Shown: positions 24,160-37,900 of the stretch, piece by piece
How the letters are laid out: every line of letters starts with the position of its first letter
How positions within the stretch are numbered: position 1 is the stretch's first letter
Assembly (NCBI RefSeq): GCF_964355755.1
Contig: NC_092673.1
Coordinates: forward strand, 31,803,648 to 31,867,647
Direction: 5' to 3'
From: Antedon mediterranea
Taxonomy: Eukaryota; Animalia; Echinodermata
Length of the DNA stretch: 64,000 bases
The notes under the pieces: model-generated
Seen by the model: only the letters and a program-made list of their open reading frames with translations
Database searches by the model: none
What the model was told of the DNA's origin: nothing
Translations under genes and position numbers: made by a program

Positions 24160-25970
24160 TAAACTTTCTCTCTAGTGGACAGTTGGGCTATCTTTTACGT
24201 TATAACAAATATTGGCACGTTTTTGGGAGATGGAATCAACGGCTTATCTGATGTTTATATAGAACGTACCTGTTGTTATAATTTGTAATGATCCATATAA
24301 ATGTACTAAATACAAATTTATGTAAAGATGCCCTTTAACTCTCTCTGGCGGACAATTCAGTTACACAAGGTGTAGGCTTCCCTTCACACCATACCCGCGC
24401 CCCCCGCACTGGTGGAAAAATTGCATATTAGGCATATCTTTAGGCCTATTAAAACAAACTGCATTTCTCTGCTATTTTTAATCGGACATTAAAAAACGAT
24501 ACGATGTATAATCAAGACTCATAATTTGTCACCGTCTGGAAGTAGGCCTATCACATTAAAAAATTAAATGTATATCATATTTTTTTCGGTGACAGAATAT
24601 TGTAATTCAATAATTCAAACTCTCTCTTTAGTGGATAGTTGGGCTATATTTTATGTTATAACAAATATTGGCACGTTTTTGGGCGATGAAATCAACGGTT
24701 TATTTGATGTTTATTGTATAACGTACCGGTTGCCTGTTATAATTTGTAATTGATCCATATAAATGTAAATTAATGTAAAGATGCCCTTAAAAGTTCTCTC
24801 TGGCGGACACTGTTACAGTTACACACAATGTAGGCATATCCATTCAAACCATACCCCCTCCCACCTCCTCCGTTTAACATATTATCGACCAAACATTAAC
24901 TCCCCCCCCCCCTCCCCATCTAAGCTCAATTACACGATCACACCTACTAGACAAATTATTAATTTAGTTAAAAAAGTCAAAAACTCCCACTGGTGGACAA
25001 ACTACATATTAGATAGTTAAGTTAAAACTATTATATTATAGGGGTACAATCTGTCACAGGGGTACCTAATATTCTAGACAGTCGACCGTAATAATTGCAC
25101 CCCCTATAATAGATAGTTATTAAACTGTTATAGGGTGTTCAATTTGTACGGGGGTACCTTTTATATACTGTCGACCGTGATATATTTTATCCCTTGGTGT
25201 ATATAGATACTGGAAGGGTATAATACGTGGATACAATATTTTTAGACTCCCAGCATTGGATTTTATATCCATTTGCAAAAAACATGACAAAAGGAGAGGA
25301 CAAAGAATTAAAGATGTATTGTCCCCCTTAAAAAATATTTTTTAGTGGGATTAACATGATTAAAACTAAAAAATAACCTATTCAAAGTCTGATTTAATTA
25401 ATTTGTAATTTAATGTTATTGGGGGACAATACATCTTTAATTTTGTTATATACATTATTTGATTGAAGACAGTGTTTAGTTTTCGAGATCCTGGTGGTAT
25501 AGGTACAATGCGGTATGTGTCCATCTTATCTGACCAATTGAACTATTGTGGTTTAGTGTTAAAATAATTAACATTTTAAATCGTATTTTTCTAACACACA
25601 AAAAAAAGTGCAATCTGTCACGGGGGTACCAAATATTAAAGACAATCCGTAATATATTGCACCCCCTATAATAGATGGTTAACTGTTATGTTTGGGGGAG
25701 CAATCTGTCGCGGGGGTGGGTAGGCCTACCTATATTGAGAGACAGTCCGATGGTGTATACCAACGTTAGTTAAGTTAGGGGTTGCAATCTGTCACGGGGG
25801 TACATCAGACAGTCCGAAATATATCTATTCCTTTATTATAGTATTAACTGAGAGTGAATCAGACGTTCGAAAAAATAAATAATACAATAATAATTCAATT
25901 CAACTTTTATTTCAGACAAACTTTCCATAGCAACAAAAGAAATGAAATACAGTAGGCCTACATTTGATTC
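24160..25970 (+). repeat. Composite repeat block, copy 2
   Basis: Colinear with 9400-11990. Confidence 0.8.
25312..25436. mobile_element. Kolobok-type MITE (AG termini, TTAA TSD)
   Basis: TTAA|AGATGTATTGTCCCCC ... GGGGGACAATACATCT|TTAA; absent from the paralogous site near 11015. Confidence 0.8.
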
Positions 25971-27564
25971 CGTAACCATCAACAAAACTAAATTATAATG
26001 AATTATTAATTAAAGACAGTGTGCAGTTTTTGTGGTCCATCCAGTACACCGTCCGTTATCTGACGAATTAGAAATATTATTAATATTATCATTGTAATAA
26101 ACAAGCAAATATAATCATTTGTTATACAAGAACTACAATGTGGTAGGGTTACTAGGCCTACAGTAAAAGGTATACCAATTATACGGTTCAGGTGGTGATT
26201 TGAATATTCTGTAAAATACCCGTTGATTTCATGGGGTACACCTATTCTAGCCCGAAAAAATATTATTATATTACAAGAGTGTTGGTGTTACGGATGGGTC
26301 TCTAAATAGCTGTGTATCCCCAATTATTATTTCTTTATACACGTGTGTAGGCCTATGTGATGCATTTAATGTTTTTGGGCCTCTTTAATTGGCGTACGTC
26401 CGTTTTCCTTTGTAAAAATAATAATAAACAATTAAACATAATGTCACATGGGCCTAAAACAACTTAAAATTAAACAAATAATTATAATTATATTAAAGAT
26501 AAAATTTGGAGAGCGCTATAGGGTGCAAGATAATAATAATAACAATATTTAATAATAGGCTTATAATGAGTTATATATGTTTATGAGTATGCCCTTTATC
26601 AATGCATGTGAGAGTACTTAAATTTAAAAGTACTAAAATTTTAACAAGCTAAAATATTCTGTATCCACAAAACATGCGTAAAATTTGTAGGAGCATGCAA
26701 CGTATTATTGTTGTAATTCAATAGGGGGTTTACTCTGTTGCGGGATACTAAAATTGTAGAACAGTGTCTGTACCACTACCAGAGATATTTCAATGGCTCT
26801 GTTATAAATGTAAAAATAGCGCCCTCTGTTGCCAATATTTTCTAATTCGTCAATATCACAATAGACAATTGTAAAAGGTCATTTATTAATTAAAAAGAAC
26901 AAGAAACTACACACAGTATATCAAATACCAGTATAAGTGATAACAATACGAATAATTGACGGTCTACCACACTGTAGATACAGTAATTACCCACTGTAAA
27001 ATGGAATCGTCGGGCAATTTGACAAGGTACCGGTTGGCGGACACAAACTCCCTCTAGTAGACATACCGCATGGCGGACAGTCTGCAGCAACATGCAATTG
27101 GGCTTACCACACATGCCATACATAACATGACATTGGCTAGAGGCTAGGCCAAACAATTTTCAAAACTTTCAAATGCTGATTTCTAGCATAAAATAAACTT
27201 CTTCTCCTACCTTAAATGCAAGCACACGTTCGATATGAATACAGCTACTACTGTAGTAGCTGTATTCATATCGAACTCTTCTAATAGTACTAGAAGATCT
27301 CTTTCAAATGAATTTAATACTAAGTCGAGAGAATTTGTAAAAAGATGTTGTCTGTTGGCAACATCTTATCATTGTTGTGAATGTGTGAAACATGTGTTGA
27401 GAAGTCAGATATTAATTACGTCACTTTCCAATGCTCTGATTGTTCAACAATTTGAACACTGTAGTGACGTCATCAGTGCTCTCAGTGCTCTGATTGGTCA
27501 AATTAGGCCATTGAATTGAACAACTCATTGTTCCAATTCTACAGCACACATTGGGTTATTTGTA

Positions 27565-30500
27565 GCGCAAAATCCACGGCCCGATCTTCTCTGTCAAAAA
27601 AACAAAAAAACGCAAAAGAAATTGGAACGGTCCGCGTGGGGTCATTAAAAAGTCGTGTGGGGTAATTAAATTCTCATGAATAAACATGAGCAATGTCTGT
27701 GAGGGGCCCCGTTGCAGGCAAATGCTCGAAAATAATTCCCTGTTAGCTAAACACAACTCCCTGGCTAAACTTTAAGAAAAGTTTTTACTTTTGAAAAAAA
27801 AAGAGGGCGGGCTTTACACTGCTTTTGCTAATAATTCTTTTTGATAGGTTTATTGTGTAACAGGATTTATTTATTTAAACAACAAAACATACCCTGTGTA
27901 CTACGGTACAAAGATGTTTTGTTGGAAAAATGTGTTGTAACTAGGATTTTTTAATATAATCAACAAAAATCATACAGTTATTAATAATTATTTATTTTTA
28001 TTTAAGAAAAGTTTTAACTTTAAAAAAAAATATATATATATATACTATACACTGCTTTTATTAATTGTTTGGTAGGAATATTATGTAACCAGGATTTATT
28101 TAAACAACAAAACATACCCTGTACTATAGTACAAAGATTTTTTGTTGAAAATGTGTTGTAACATACAGTATTTATTAATTTATTTTTATTCTAAAAAGTT
28201 TTCCCTCTGCTTTTTTGTAAGGGCTTGGGACCTTCAAATACAAAGAGCAATGATTTGAGAGTAAATTATTGTTAATCATTTAAAAGGTAATTATAATAAT
28301 AAACTTTAATTATTTTCTTACAAATTACAGAATTCACTACTTTAATCATTGCTCTTTGCATTCGGCAGCATTAAAAACTTTTTTTTAGTGTCGTGCAGTG
28401 ACTGGACATCAATTCCGCAGAATCAATTCCAAGTTTTGATGGCATTTCCTCCACCAAGGGTATTACAGACACGATATACCCAAATTCGGGTGTACGGGGG
28501 AACCCATTCCAGGTTTTTATACACCGCCCAGTATTCGGTGTTGGCGATAGCTGGCTGTACTGTCCGACACCCGAAGATGCCACGCCACAGTAGCAACAAA
28601 GTTGGCCAGACACTCGGCTAAATTCTGTCACATACACACACTATTTCCGCAAAGTCAGAATTTATTTCTTCTGCTGTTTACGGAGGCGACGTTGAGCAGC
28701 CATAGCAGTTTTCCACTCTTCCATGGTTTGATTTGACTTAGCAGCACAATACCAAGTCCCGTAATACTGAGCGTGGTTTTCCATCAGTCTCGGTTGTTTG
28801 CACTGAGAACACACACTCACTGATGTTCTTGGCTTGTAGCGTTTTACTTGTTTACCTTCAGCTATTCTGTTCGCTGCTTGTTTCCTGTAGTAGGCGACGC
28901 TTCTAGGTATCGGTGTCTCTACAGGAAGGCTGCTGCTGCTACTGGCTGCAGGGGCAGATGACGTAGAAGGTAGTGGTGGTATTGCCATCTTACCCGGTGG
29001 AACTGGAATTGACGTTTTGTTCCTTACTGTCGCTTGCCCAACAGTGCTCTCTGGCAGGACAAATGTGAATGATGGAGCGATCGTCGACGTGTATAGCACT
29101 GCTGGCTTGATCAAAGGTTCGGGCAAGGCTCTAGAGGTGACAAGCTTGGGTTTGATTGCAGATATGCCAGATTCCAAGACTTGCCGCTCTTGCTTCTTCG
29201 ATGTTCTGTTGTACCTGTTGAAAATAAGCAAAATAATTGAAAATGAGATTGTATTTATAGCAAAAACACCACCACCACCACAGAAACAGAAAGTAAGAAA
29301 CTTACCACTGTATCAGTGTGGTACGGTTTATTTCCATCAACTGAAGCGGAGCAAACGACGAAAGGTGTCCGTTCGTTAGCACTTTGCGACGGATGTTCTT
29401 GTAACCCTTGACGATGAGGGGCCAGCGCTGCGATCGGTTGCCTCCGACTGAGATGACGGTAGATGGGTAGGCTTCACAGTTTTGTTATAAGGCACTCCAT
29501 GTACCGATTACAGTCTGGCCATTGGGCTGGTCCGGTGTTTTGACCCAAGAAGCATCTGTAATATTTAAAAAGAATATTGTATTAACATTTGATTAAATTA
29601 ACATCAACTCGCATTCATCACATCAACCAACAAATTGAACAAAAAGTAGAAAACTGTCTTACCGTCTAGTGCTTTCGACACCTGGGATTACAGTCGTTTT
29701 ACTCCTTTTGAACCTGCCCTTGGACAGGTAATCTTGATGTCGTGATTGGCGTTTGATGATTTTGTCATAAGGGTCGAGGTTGTTCCATAGCTGTGTAATC
29801 TGCTCGGCTTGAGTTTTACTTATGACCCCACTGTCTTCTTTGAACTGGAATAGACAGTCGGCCAGGGCTTCTACCTTTGCATACCCTGAGATGTTGTCCG
29901 GTCCTGCAGAATCCTCGAGCTCCTGTAATTGTTTTGAATGTGAATTTTAAAATGTTTTCCGTATATTTATGACACTCAAAGGGAAGAGGGAAAAACCAAA
30001 AAAAAAGTAAAAGAACAGAACAAACTCATTGTCAACAGTCATTCATTAAAAATATTAGGGTTATATAAGAGACAAGTTCCTTAAAAAATGAAGAGACAAA
30101 CAAAATATATGTATATACACAATATAATAATATTGATTAAAAAAAAACTACTTACAGTGTCGATAGGAGCTGCGTCTTCTTCAGCATCACTACCATCATG
30201 TGATGATGGAGGCTGCTGCGGGATCGGCGAGGGTTGCCTAACTTCCGGAGGCGCACGATGATGACGTCCACCCAATCGGCGAAGTGATGGAGGTTCGTAG
30301 TCCGGTTGAGTTTTGTCATCATACCCTTCGTCAACATCGAAAGTGTACACTTCTTCGTCAAAGTCTGCATCGTCACTTTCATCATCTGAAAAGTGAGTTT
30401 CGAGTACTTTGTTCGTTTGGTTGTACAAGTACTCGACTCCGATGAGCTCCCCGGTGTACTTGATCGGAAGGACAAAACTGTTGTACAACTTCTTACCAAA

Positions 30501-31305
30501 CACTTGCTCTGCCAGTGTGTTCAGGCCATGCTGGTGTAGCCCACTGTATGTGTTGGGATGTGGGGCTCCAGACTGTGTGGCAGCTACTGCCCGATTTGTG
30601 TTCCATCGCATAAGTCCATCCATCAGGTAAGCCTGAAAGTGAACGTCGCTAGCACGCTCACCTGTAAAGCAAAACCAAAAATGATTGTTAAAAAACAATA
30701 AGTAGTTCCATCGTACAAGTCCATCCATCAGCTTGGAAATGAAAATCAACCTGTTAAAAAAAATGATTGTTAAAACAGCAGTTACAGTTTCATCACACAA
30801 GTCCATAAATCAGGAGGCTTGGAAATAAAATTGTCAGCATGCTCACCTGTTAAGTAAAGTGGAAAATAAGTAGATATCAAATAATAATGAATACCTGGAA
30901 TGAACCTGTTGAGGTGAAGATGGAACGATTCCAAGGAAGTGGAGCCTCTTGCACAACGGTAGACTGGTAAGGTGACTCCACCCTTGATCATCTCACTGGT
31001 TTTAACATAGAGCTGAATGCCTTCTGGGTCCTGAATGCAGGCAACGTGTCGCTCTTGCGAGTTCCAGATCTCCCAGGTACGGTCAGAGTCCAAGAGTGGG
31101 ACGCCCAACGTGTCGCGGCCTTCTTCACCATCGAGCGAAGTGAGGAGTTCTCGGATCAGGTTAGCTGTCTCCCGAGTTCCTCGTGTAGTTCTGCGACAAT
31201 GCAAAGCAAACTCCCTCTTGCTTGTTTTGCAAGATGATGTCATCTGTCGGGTCGGAGTGAGCTTTGCTGGCGATGAGCTGTCCACGCTTGGCACGCTTCA
31301 GGCTT
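27565..31305 (-). mobile_element. Dada-type DNA transposon, 5'-truncated
   Basis: End motif GCGCAA(27565-70)-N14-TCTTCTCTG(27585-93), next to the C-terminal half of a spliced DUF6729-like transposase. Confidence 0.72.
28662..31305 (-). pseudogene. Dada/DUF6729-like transposase, C-terminal half (exons approx. 31305-30895, 30662-30155, 29924-29663, 29517-29307, 29215-28662)
   Basis: HCRRTTRG..QERHVACIQDP..YRCARGSTSLESFHLHLNRFIPG|..FQAYLMDGLMRWN..YTGELIGVEYL; terminal CCHC finger CSQC-x8-H-x8-C. Frameshift near 31225; N-terminal half missing. Confidence 0.75.
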
Positions 31306-32056
31306 AATTGCTGATGTTACCTGCCCACTACTGCCATGTTTGCGTCGTGTATGACTAAAACATCAAAACAAAACAGTTTAGTTACCTTTATTTTTGATCA
31401 ATTGTTGTTTGTATAATGGACTATACCCCAAAGATCCTTGGAAATGTATTTGATGAAGCAAAAGCGCGAGGTACCCAGGGATGTCACCAGCTTTTTGGAG
31501 TGCTGGTCGGCAAATTCCGCCCGGGGGGGGGGGGGGGGGGGGGTACACCCCCGTGGGTATACCCCCGGGGGTTGTCGTTATTTTAGCGAAACATAAAGAA
31601 TTATGAAAATAAATAACAACAAATTGCGTCAGGTCTAGGCCTAACCTTGTACCACCGGGGGGTCGCCGTTAATATTTGCGAAAACAAAAAAAACGCATAC
31701 GAAATGAATAGCAATAGATCGCGTCAGTCTTAGGCCTAGCCTTGGTAGACACTACGACCACTACTAGGCCTAGCCAAGGCTTAGATAGATGCCCCAAAAT
31801 CTGAATTCCACAAAAACAGGCGCTTCCTTATTTAGGCCTAATCCCTAATCAAATACTGTAGATAAATTATTAGCCTAGACCTTAATACTACTTGTTGCTC
31901 GATATAATGTTCGTGTTCTTTTGCGCGAGAGTTTTTTAGCGTATTCACGAATTCCGGATTTTTTGTTTCACAACTGTGCGGCAAGCATGTAGTGCATGGC
32001 CGGCAAGAACAGACACGTGTTTATCCAGGGATGTGTAATTATTGTACCATGCTCGA

Positions 32057-33967
32057 GGGTGTCACGAAACCTAAGACCACGAAAGCTAAGACCCCCTAAG
32101 ACCTAAGATCACGAAAGCTAAGACCCAAGACCTAAGATTACAAATATTTATCTTTCGCACCTGCCTTGTATTTTAACTCCCAACATTTATTCTGAATACC
32201 ACACCTTAGAATTGGCACTTTTATGAAAAAGAATCACATAAAAAGTAACAAATACATTTTTAAATTGATGATTTTACAGACGTTTTTCTCGCACACAAAC
32301 TGTTTGCGAATTTCGCATGACTAGCCTACAGTACAGTAGCAGTAGGCCTTCCACCATGTTCAATGTTTTTGTTTCTATGGAACGTCAAAAGAGCAAAAAT
32401 TATATAGAGGGCTGAAAACTCTGTGGAGTCCATCTACAGTGTGGATGGAACAATGTAAAATTAAAATTGTAATGATAATAGTATAATCATGCAAGTACGA
32501 AGAAATAAATACTGGCAAATAAATTTTAATTTATAAATCATGATTTGTTTCGTTTTCTTTCTGTTTTTATACTTGTACTATTATTGTTGCTCTTTTGGCG
32601 CTCCATAGAAACAAAAACATTGAGCATGGGGGGAGCTCGAGGAGTTACAGTGGGTGCAGGTCAAGTCGGCCCCAAACCGTCTCGGCCAAAGTCAAGTCGG
32701 CCCCACGTCATGTCGGCCCCAAGTCAACTCGGCCTCAAGTCAACTCGGCCTCAAGTCAACTCGGCCTCACGTCAACTCGGCCAAAAACTAATCGGTCAAC
32801 TCGGCCACAATAAAGTATGGAACGCAAAAAGTGCTTAATATTATTACGATTCTTACTATCCACGTTTTAAAAAAAATGAAGAAATAAAAAATATAATATC
32901 ATATAAAAAAATGAACTCATTGCCGATATGAATAGAAGTACCCGCGTGTTACAAAAAACACGTACAGGTACCGTATTTTAGGAAATCGAAGACGGAGGCC
33001 AACGTTCCACCATTTGGCCGTAGAAAAAATGATCGTACATCGTTTTTGTGCATGATTTGCGTTTTTTAAAAAGGGGAATCCCCCGGTCAGCGAAAACACG
33101 TAGCAGTTGTAGATATCGAAAAAGCTGGCAAACGCGCAGGGAGGCTCAGCTACGAAATTTTATTAAACGTAAATAAAGGAAAGTTGGTGAAATCATTCCT
33201 ATTTTTTTTGCTAAATATATTATTGCCTAAATAATAATATTCATTAAAAGTCAGAATTATTCATAGTTAAAAAATTGTGAAGAAATATTATTTTATCAAT
33301 CCCCTTCATTTGCACTTTTTGCGTTCCATACTTTTACGGGGCCGAGTTGACCGATTATTTTTTGGCCGAGTTGACTTGAGGCCGAGTTGACTTGAGGCCG
33401 ACTTGACTTGGGGCCGACTTGACTTTGGCCGAGACGGTTTAGGGCCGACTTGGATCGAAACCGTTACAGTATACTGTACAAAGAAACATGTCTGTAAAAT
33501 CATCAATTTAAAGGATTTATTTATTTGTTTTTATGTGTTTCTCCGTCTGAAAGTACTTATAAATCCTAATTTTAAAGTGTGGTATTCAGGATAAAGTTCG
33601 TCAACAAATTTGGAGTCAAAATACAAGAATGGCAGGTGCGTAAGAAAAACATCATCTGAACCAACACAATGGAGTAAATATATACCAACAAACAACCCGT
33701 CAAGTTTGTTTGTTGTAAAGAAAAAAATATACATTTACTCAACGGGCGAAAATAATGTGAGTTTATCTATGTTTTGCGGTAGTATTTAATTATATTTATG
33801 GTAATAAATGAAACCTACTGTGTTTAAAATTATGTATGGATAAACAAGTATTGTTTTTAAGCTGTAGTATATCTTAGAATTTGTAATCTTAGGTCTTGGG
33901 TCTTAGCTTTCGTGATCTTAGGTCTTAGGGGGTCTTAGCTTTCGTGGTCTTAGGTTTCGTGACACCC
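32057..33967. mobile_element. Mutator (MULE)-type non-autonomous element; middle layer
   Basis: ~90 bp TIR GGGTGTCACGAAACCTAAGACC with longer degenerate inverted arms; 10 bp TSD CCATGCTCGA (32047-56, 33968-77). Confidence 0.88.
32652..33462. mobile_element. Foldback MITE with 15 bp subterminal tandem repeats; inner layer
   Basis: Inverted arms of (CAACTCGGCCTCAAGT)-like units; 8 bp TSD GTTACAGT (32644-51, 33463-70). Confidence 0.82.
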
Positions 33968-34987
33968 CCATGCTCGACGATCATGAACGAACTTGCCGGG
34001 TCTCACTGAACCATGCCCATGTTTTTTTATTTTTTTTAATAGTTCGTAGAGTACAAAAATGTAAAACTAGTAACATAATATAATTAAAGCAGGGTGACAA
34101 AACATTCAGCAATTAAAAATTATTTTGTTTGGGTCTATGTAGTTGTACATTTTTAATTACTGCGTACTTGTTTGTATTTTTAATCTGTGCAAAATAAAAC
34201 GCTTGAATGGTCGCTTTGTGAACTTTAAACATGTACACTGTGCTGTGTAGCACGTTGTTCGCCATGACTCACAAGCTGTAACAATGAATACCAGGGCAGG
34301 GTAGGCCTGGTATTGTGTTACAAATAAAGTAACGTACGTACCCACGGAAACATTTGCTGTAGTCTTTTGTCTTATCTATATGAGGCTAGCTTGTCTGTAA
34401 TTAACGATGTGCTAGGTAAAATGTTTCAGTACGAATTTTAGTAAGGCCTAGGCCTAATATAAATATCGTAATGATTAATAAATAATAGTGGTGGTCGGCA
34501 GCCTGTAAATCCTGGTCGGAAATGTTGAGTGCTGGTCGGGGCCGACCAGCGTGGTGACATCCCTGGGTACCGTAACCATGGATTTTCACACACTCAAACC
34601 ATGGAGGATATCTATATATTTCCTCCATGCCTAAACTATAGACATTTTACTTATATTTCTAAAGGCACCAAAAACAAATTCATTGAACTGTCTGTCCTGT
34701 AAAGCTATCCTTCAAGAAACCAATAATTCATGAATTGTGAAAAATGCAGAATGTATTTGCCATTTGGTCACTGGATTACAACATGCACAATGTGGATAAA
34801 TGATAGTTATTGTACTAATAATTGCAACACCTCTGTAACATAATTCTATATTCAGTGCAATTAAAACAAGGACAAACTATATTCAAATAAAATTTTGATA
34901 ATGAAAGCTATAATGGAGTTGTGTTTGATAAAACTTACAATTACTAACTTTGAGAGTGAACAAGAATAACAGGAGGTTGGTACTTAC

Positions 34988-37900
34988 GCTGGATGATGGT
35001 GTGGCCACACCCTAGGAATTTCATCTGAAAATTAATACATTTATTTATAAATGATAATGGTTGAATAATATAATAAATGTTGGTTACTATGTATCAAAAT
35101 GATTAATTAACAATTCAATGATTGAAAATAAAGGCATAAAAGAGAATTGGATTGTGAGATGTTCAGTACATGCCTTGTTTGTATCTGCTTAAAATGGATA
35201 TGAAAGGATTTTAAAATTACACAAAAAGGACTTTGTATGAATCCTTTTAATGTTAATAAACAGCACACAAAAAATTAGATTCAAATACCTAGTAGAAATT
35301 GAGAAATAAACAAATTAAATTTTGGTATAAAACGTCCGCAAAATGGCCGACCAACTGGCACGCCATCTTAATTTTTATGAACGTTCTATACGCACGTACG
35401 AGATCGTCAAATTTAGAGTTTGAAACACCCGGGGTTGTAGCCACGGCAGCAGTCGTTTTGTGATTGGTTAATGAATTTTAATACAGTCCAATCACCGCCT
35501 TGTCTCGTTCGCGGACTGTGTGGTGTAAACAAAATAAACAAACCCATCCTACACGAGACTCGCGTGTTGCAAGCTCCCTGTTGCTGCAGTCGTAGAAAAT
35601 ATCGATATTTCACAAATCAATAAAAAGTTATGTCTGCAAAGATTGTACGTGAAAAGAAGAAAGTGTGTATTTGTACTTCTCACACTAAACCACTCACGCA
35701 GACTACAAATTAGGCTAGGTCTAGTAGACTATAGTTTCTTCTAAATTCGCTAGTAATAGGCTCTAGGCCTACACATGGAGTTACTCCATGGCCTACAGTA
35801 CAAGAGAGTAGCAGTCGCCGGTCCACCGACGAACCTCCAGGAAGTGGACAAGGCGCGGGCGTAGACGTATGTAAAAGGCGACGTAAATAAAAAAGGTAAG
35901 CTTGTGTTGAACTTGTTTTTGGCTCTGACTTTTGTTATTGACTAATGTAGTAATATAATAATACTAATAATTAAAGTAGAGCAGAGGAGGTGAGGCCGAG
36001 AGGATTATTATAGTTTAGTTAGTAACTGTAGTGTAATTAAATAATAACCTCTTTCTGTTTGTTACCAAGTCATAAAATATAATACTTACTATAGGGCCTA
36101 GAGGTAGGATTGAATAAAAATAATAGTACATTTCCATCCATTTATTGGTCTTATCTTTGCAGATTTATGGAATCAACAGTACATGAGATGGCTTTGAAGA
36201 ACTGTAATAGTACTAGTAATAAAATTGTAAACATCAAATTATATGGCAGAAATAGTGTGTGGAATGAATTTTATTGAACAAATGTATCATAATGAGTTTG
36301 GAACAAGCAGGATTTTTCAAACGGGACATAAATTACTTTTGAGACCTCAGTGATACATTTTAATTCTATCAACACCAGCCAGCTCCATCATATTCAAGAG
36401 ATGGATTCTTTCATAAATGTCCATTGTACATAGTATTTGGCTAAATAAATAAAAAAAGAAGTACAGTAGTGGTTTATTTGTTTATATACCCACACCCATT
36501 TAGATGGTTAAAAACAAACACTATATGATGCACTGCTACTAGTGTACTGTCCGGTAGTACATTACCATAGTTACAGTATGACTGTAACCCTAGCACTCGC
36601 GTCTAAAGAATTCTATTATGCATATTTTAATATTCTTCATAAATATTTAGTTCTGTAATTTTAATTGTCTGCGCTCATTCTATACTTGGTGTCTTAGTAT
36701 GCTGCATAAATGTATCGTGCAAGCATGATCCAAGTAGCATCTATTATAAAGTACTCTGGGTATCTTTCTATTCACCTGAAAAAAGGAAAATGAATAAGCA
36801 CATGTTTATCTGCCCTCAAAACAAAATAATAATTTAGTATAATGTATTATGTAGGTTTGATCAACAGTTTAAAATAGCAATGCTCAGTATCTGTTACCTT
36901 AATATTATAATTTGACTCTAACATTTGCGCTTCCATTCCAATCAATAAATACATTTGCTTATCCCGTCCATCAATTATCATAATTGCACTCCAATTATAG
37001 ACCTGTAGGTAGGTAAAAATACAAATGAATTGTTTATTTACTGTATACTGTACTGTATATGATACAAGCTGAAATACCCCTAACTAGGCCTGGCCTGTTA
37101 TAACCTTTATTACTACATTAGAGAAAATCCAACTCTATTCATTTTAATATTGGGAATCATAATATTTAGTATTCAGTGTTGCCTAGCCTACTAGCTAGTA
37201 GGGCGGCATGTAATAACAAAAAAATATTTTAATAATACGTTAGTCAGGAAACTACAGCACACAACAATATTAATAAATGTACTTACAAATAATGTGTATA
37301 TACATAATACAGTAACACAATTGTGCCTACCATTAACACCCTCAACGATACATCAAGGAGCATACGCTCTCAGCTCACCTCTGGCCGGGCGGCGATTTTT
37401 TTTTTCGTACATAAGTTGGGGACCCCTCATGAAACGTCACAAAATAAACATGAATAATTCATCAGTTAAATTTGTTGTACCGCGTGCACCCAAGCGTACA
37501 GCAACAAGAAGTGATTACACGAACAACTGCGATACGATTCTTTCTACAGTAGGCCTAGGATTCTAGGTCAATTCACGTGATTCTTCTTCACACACACGCC
37601 ACTATGCAAAATGTGTCCGAGGCTAATCGACAGCTAGGCAAGACATTAAACCAGGGAGTTGTAAATTTACAACTCCCTGATTAAACTAAGTAGTAATGGA
37701 CATAGCCCAAAGAAAGCTTAGACCCACAAGAATAAAAAATGTGTATAATTTGTGTACTGTAATTTTTTTATTCTATTTTATTATCAAACAATATGCATGT
37801 ACTCAAAGGAACTTTAAAAATGCGCGTATATGAACACGAGATGAGAAGATTAGACCCACGAGAATAAAAAATATATTTTTGTGTAATGTTTATTGTTAAA

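Larger units (their letters stand above)
31474..34567. mobile_element. Non-autonomous TIR element (CCCAGGGATGTCACCA termini); outer layer of the nest; possibly EnSpm-type
   Basis: Perfect TIR, subterminal GCTGGTCGG repeats. The flank is palindromic GGTACC, so TSD length (2 bp TA versus 6 bp) is ambiguous. Confidence 0.75.

Noticed and set aside
27584-27629. U6 snRNA gene (ACAGAGAAGAT on minus, AAATTGGAACG on plus)
   Set aside because: Only two 11-mers on opposite strands; no contiguous U6.
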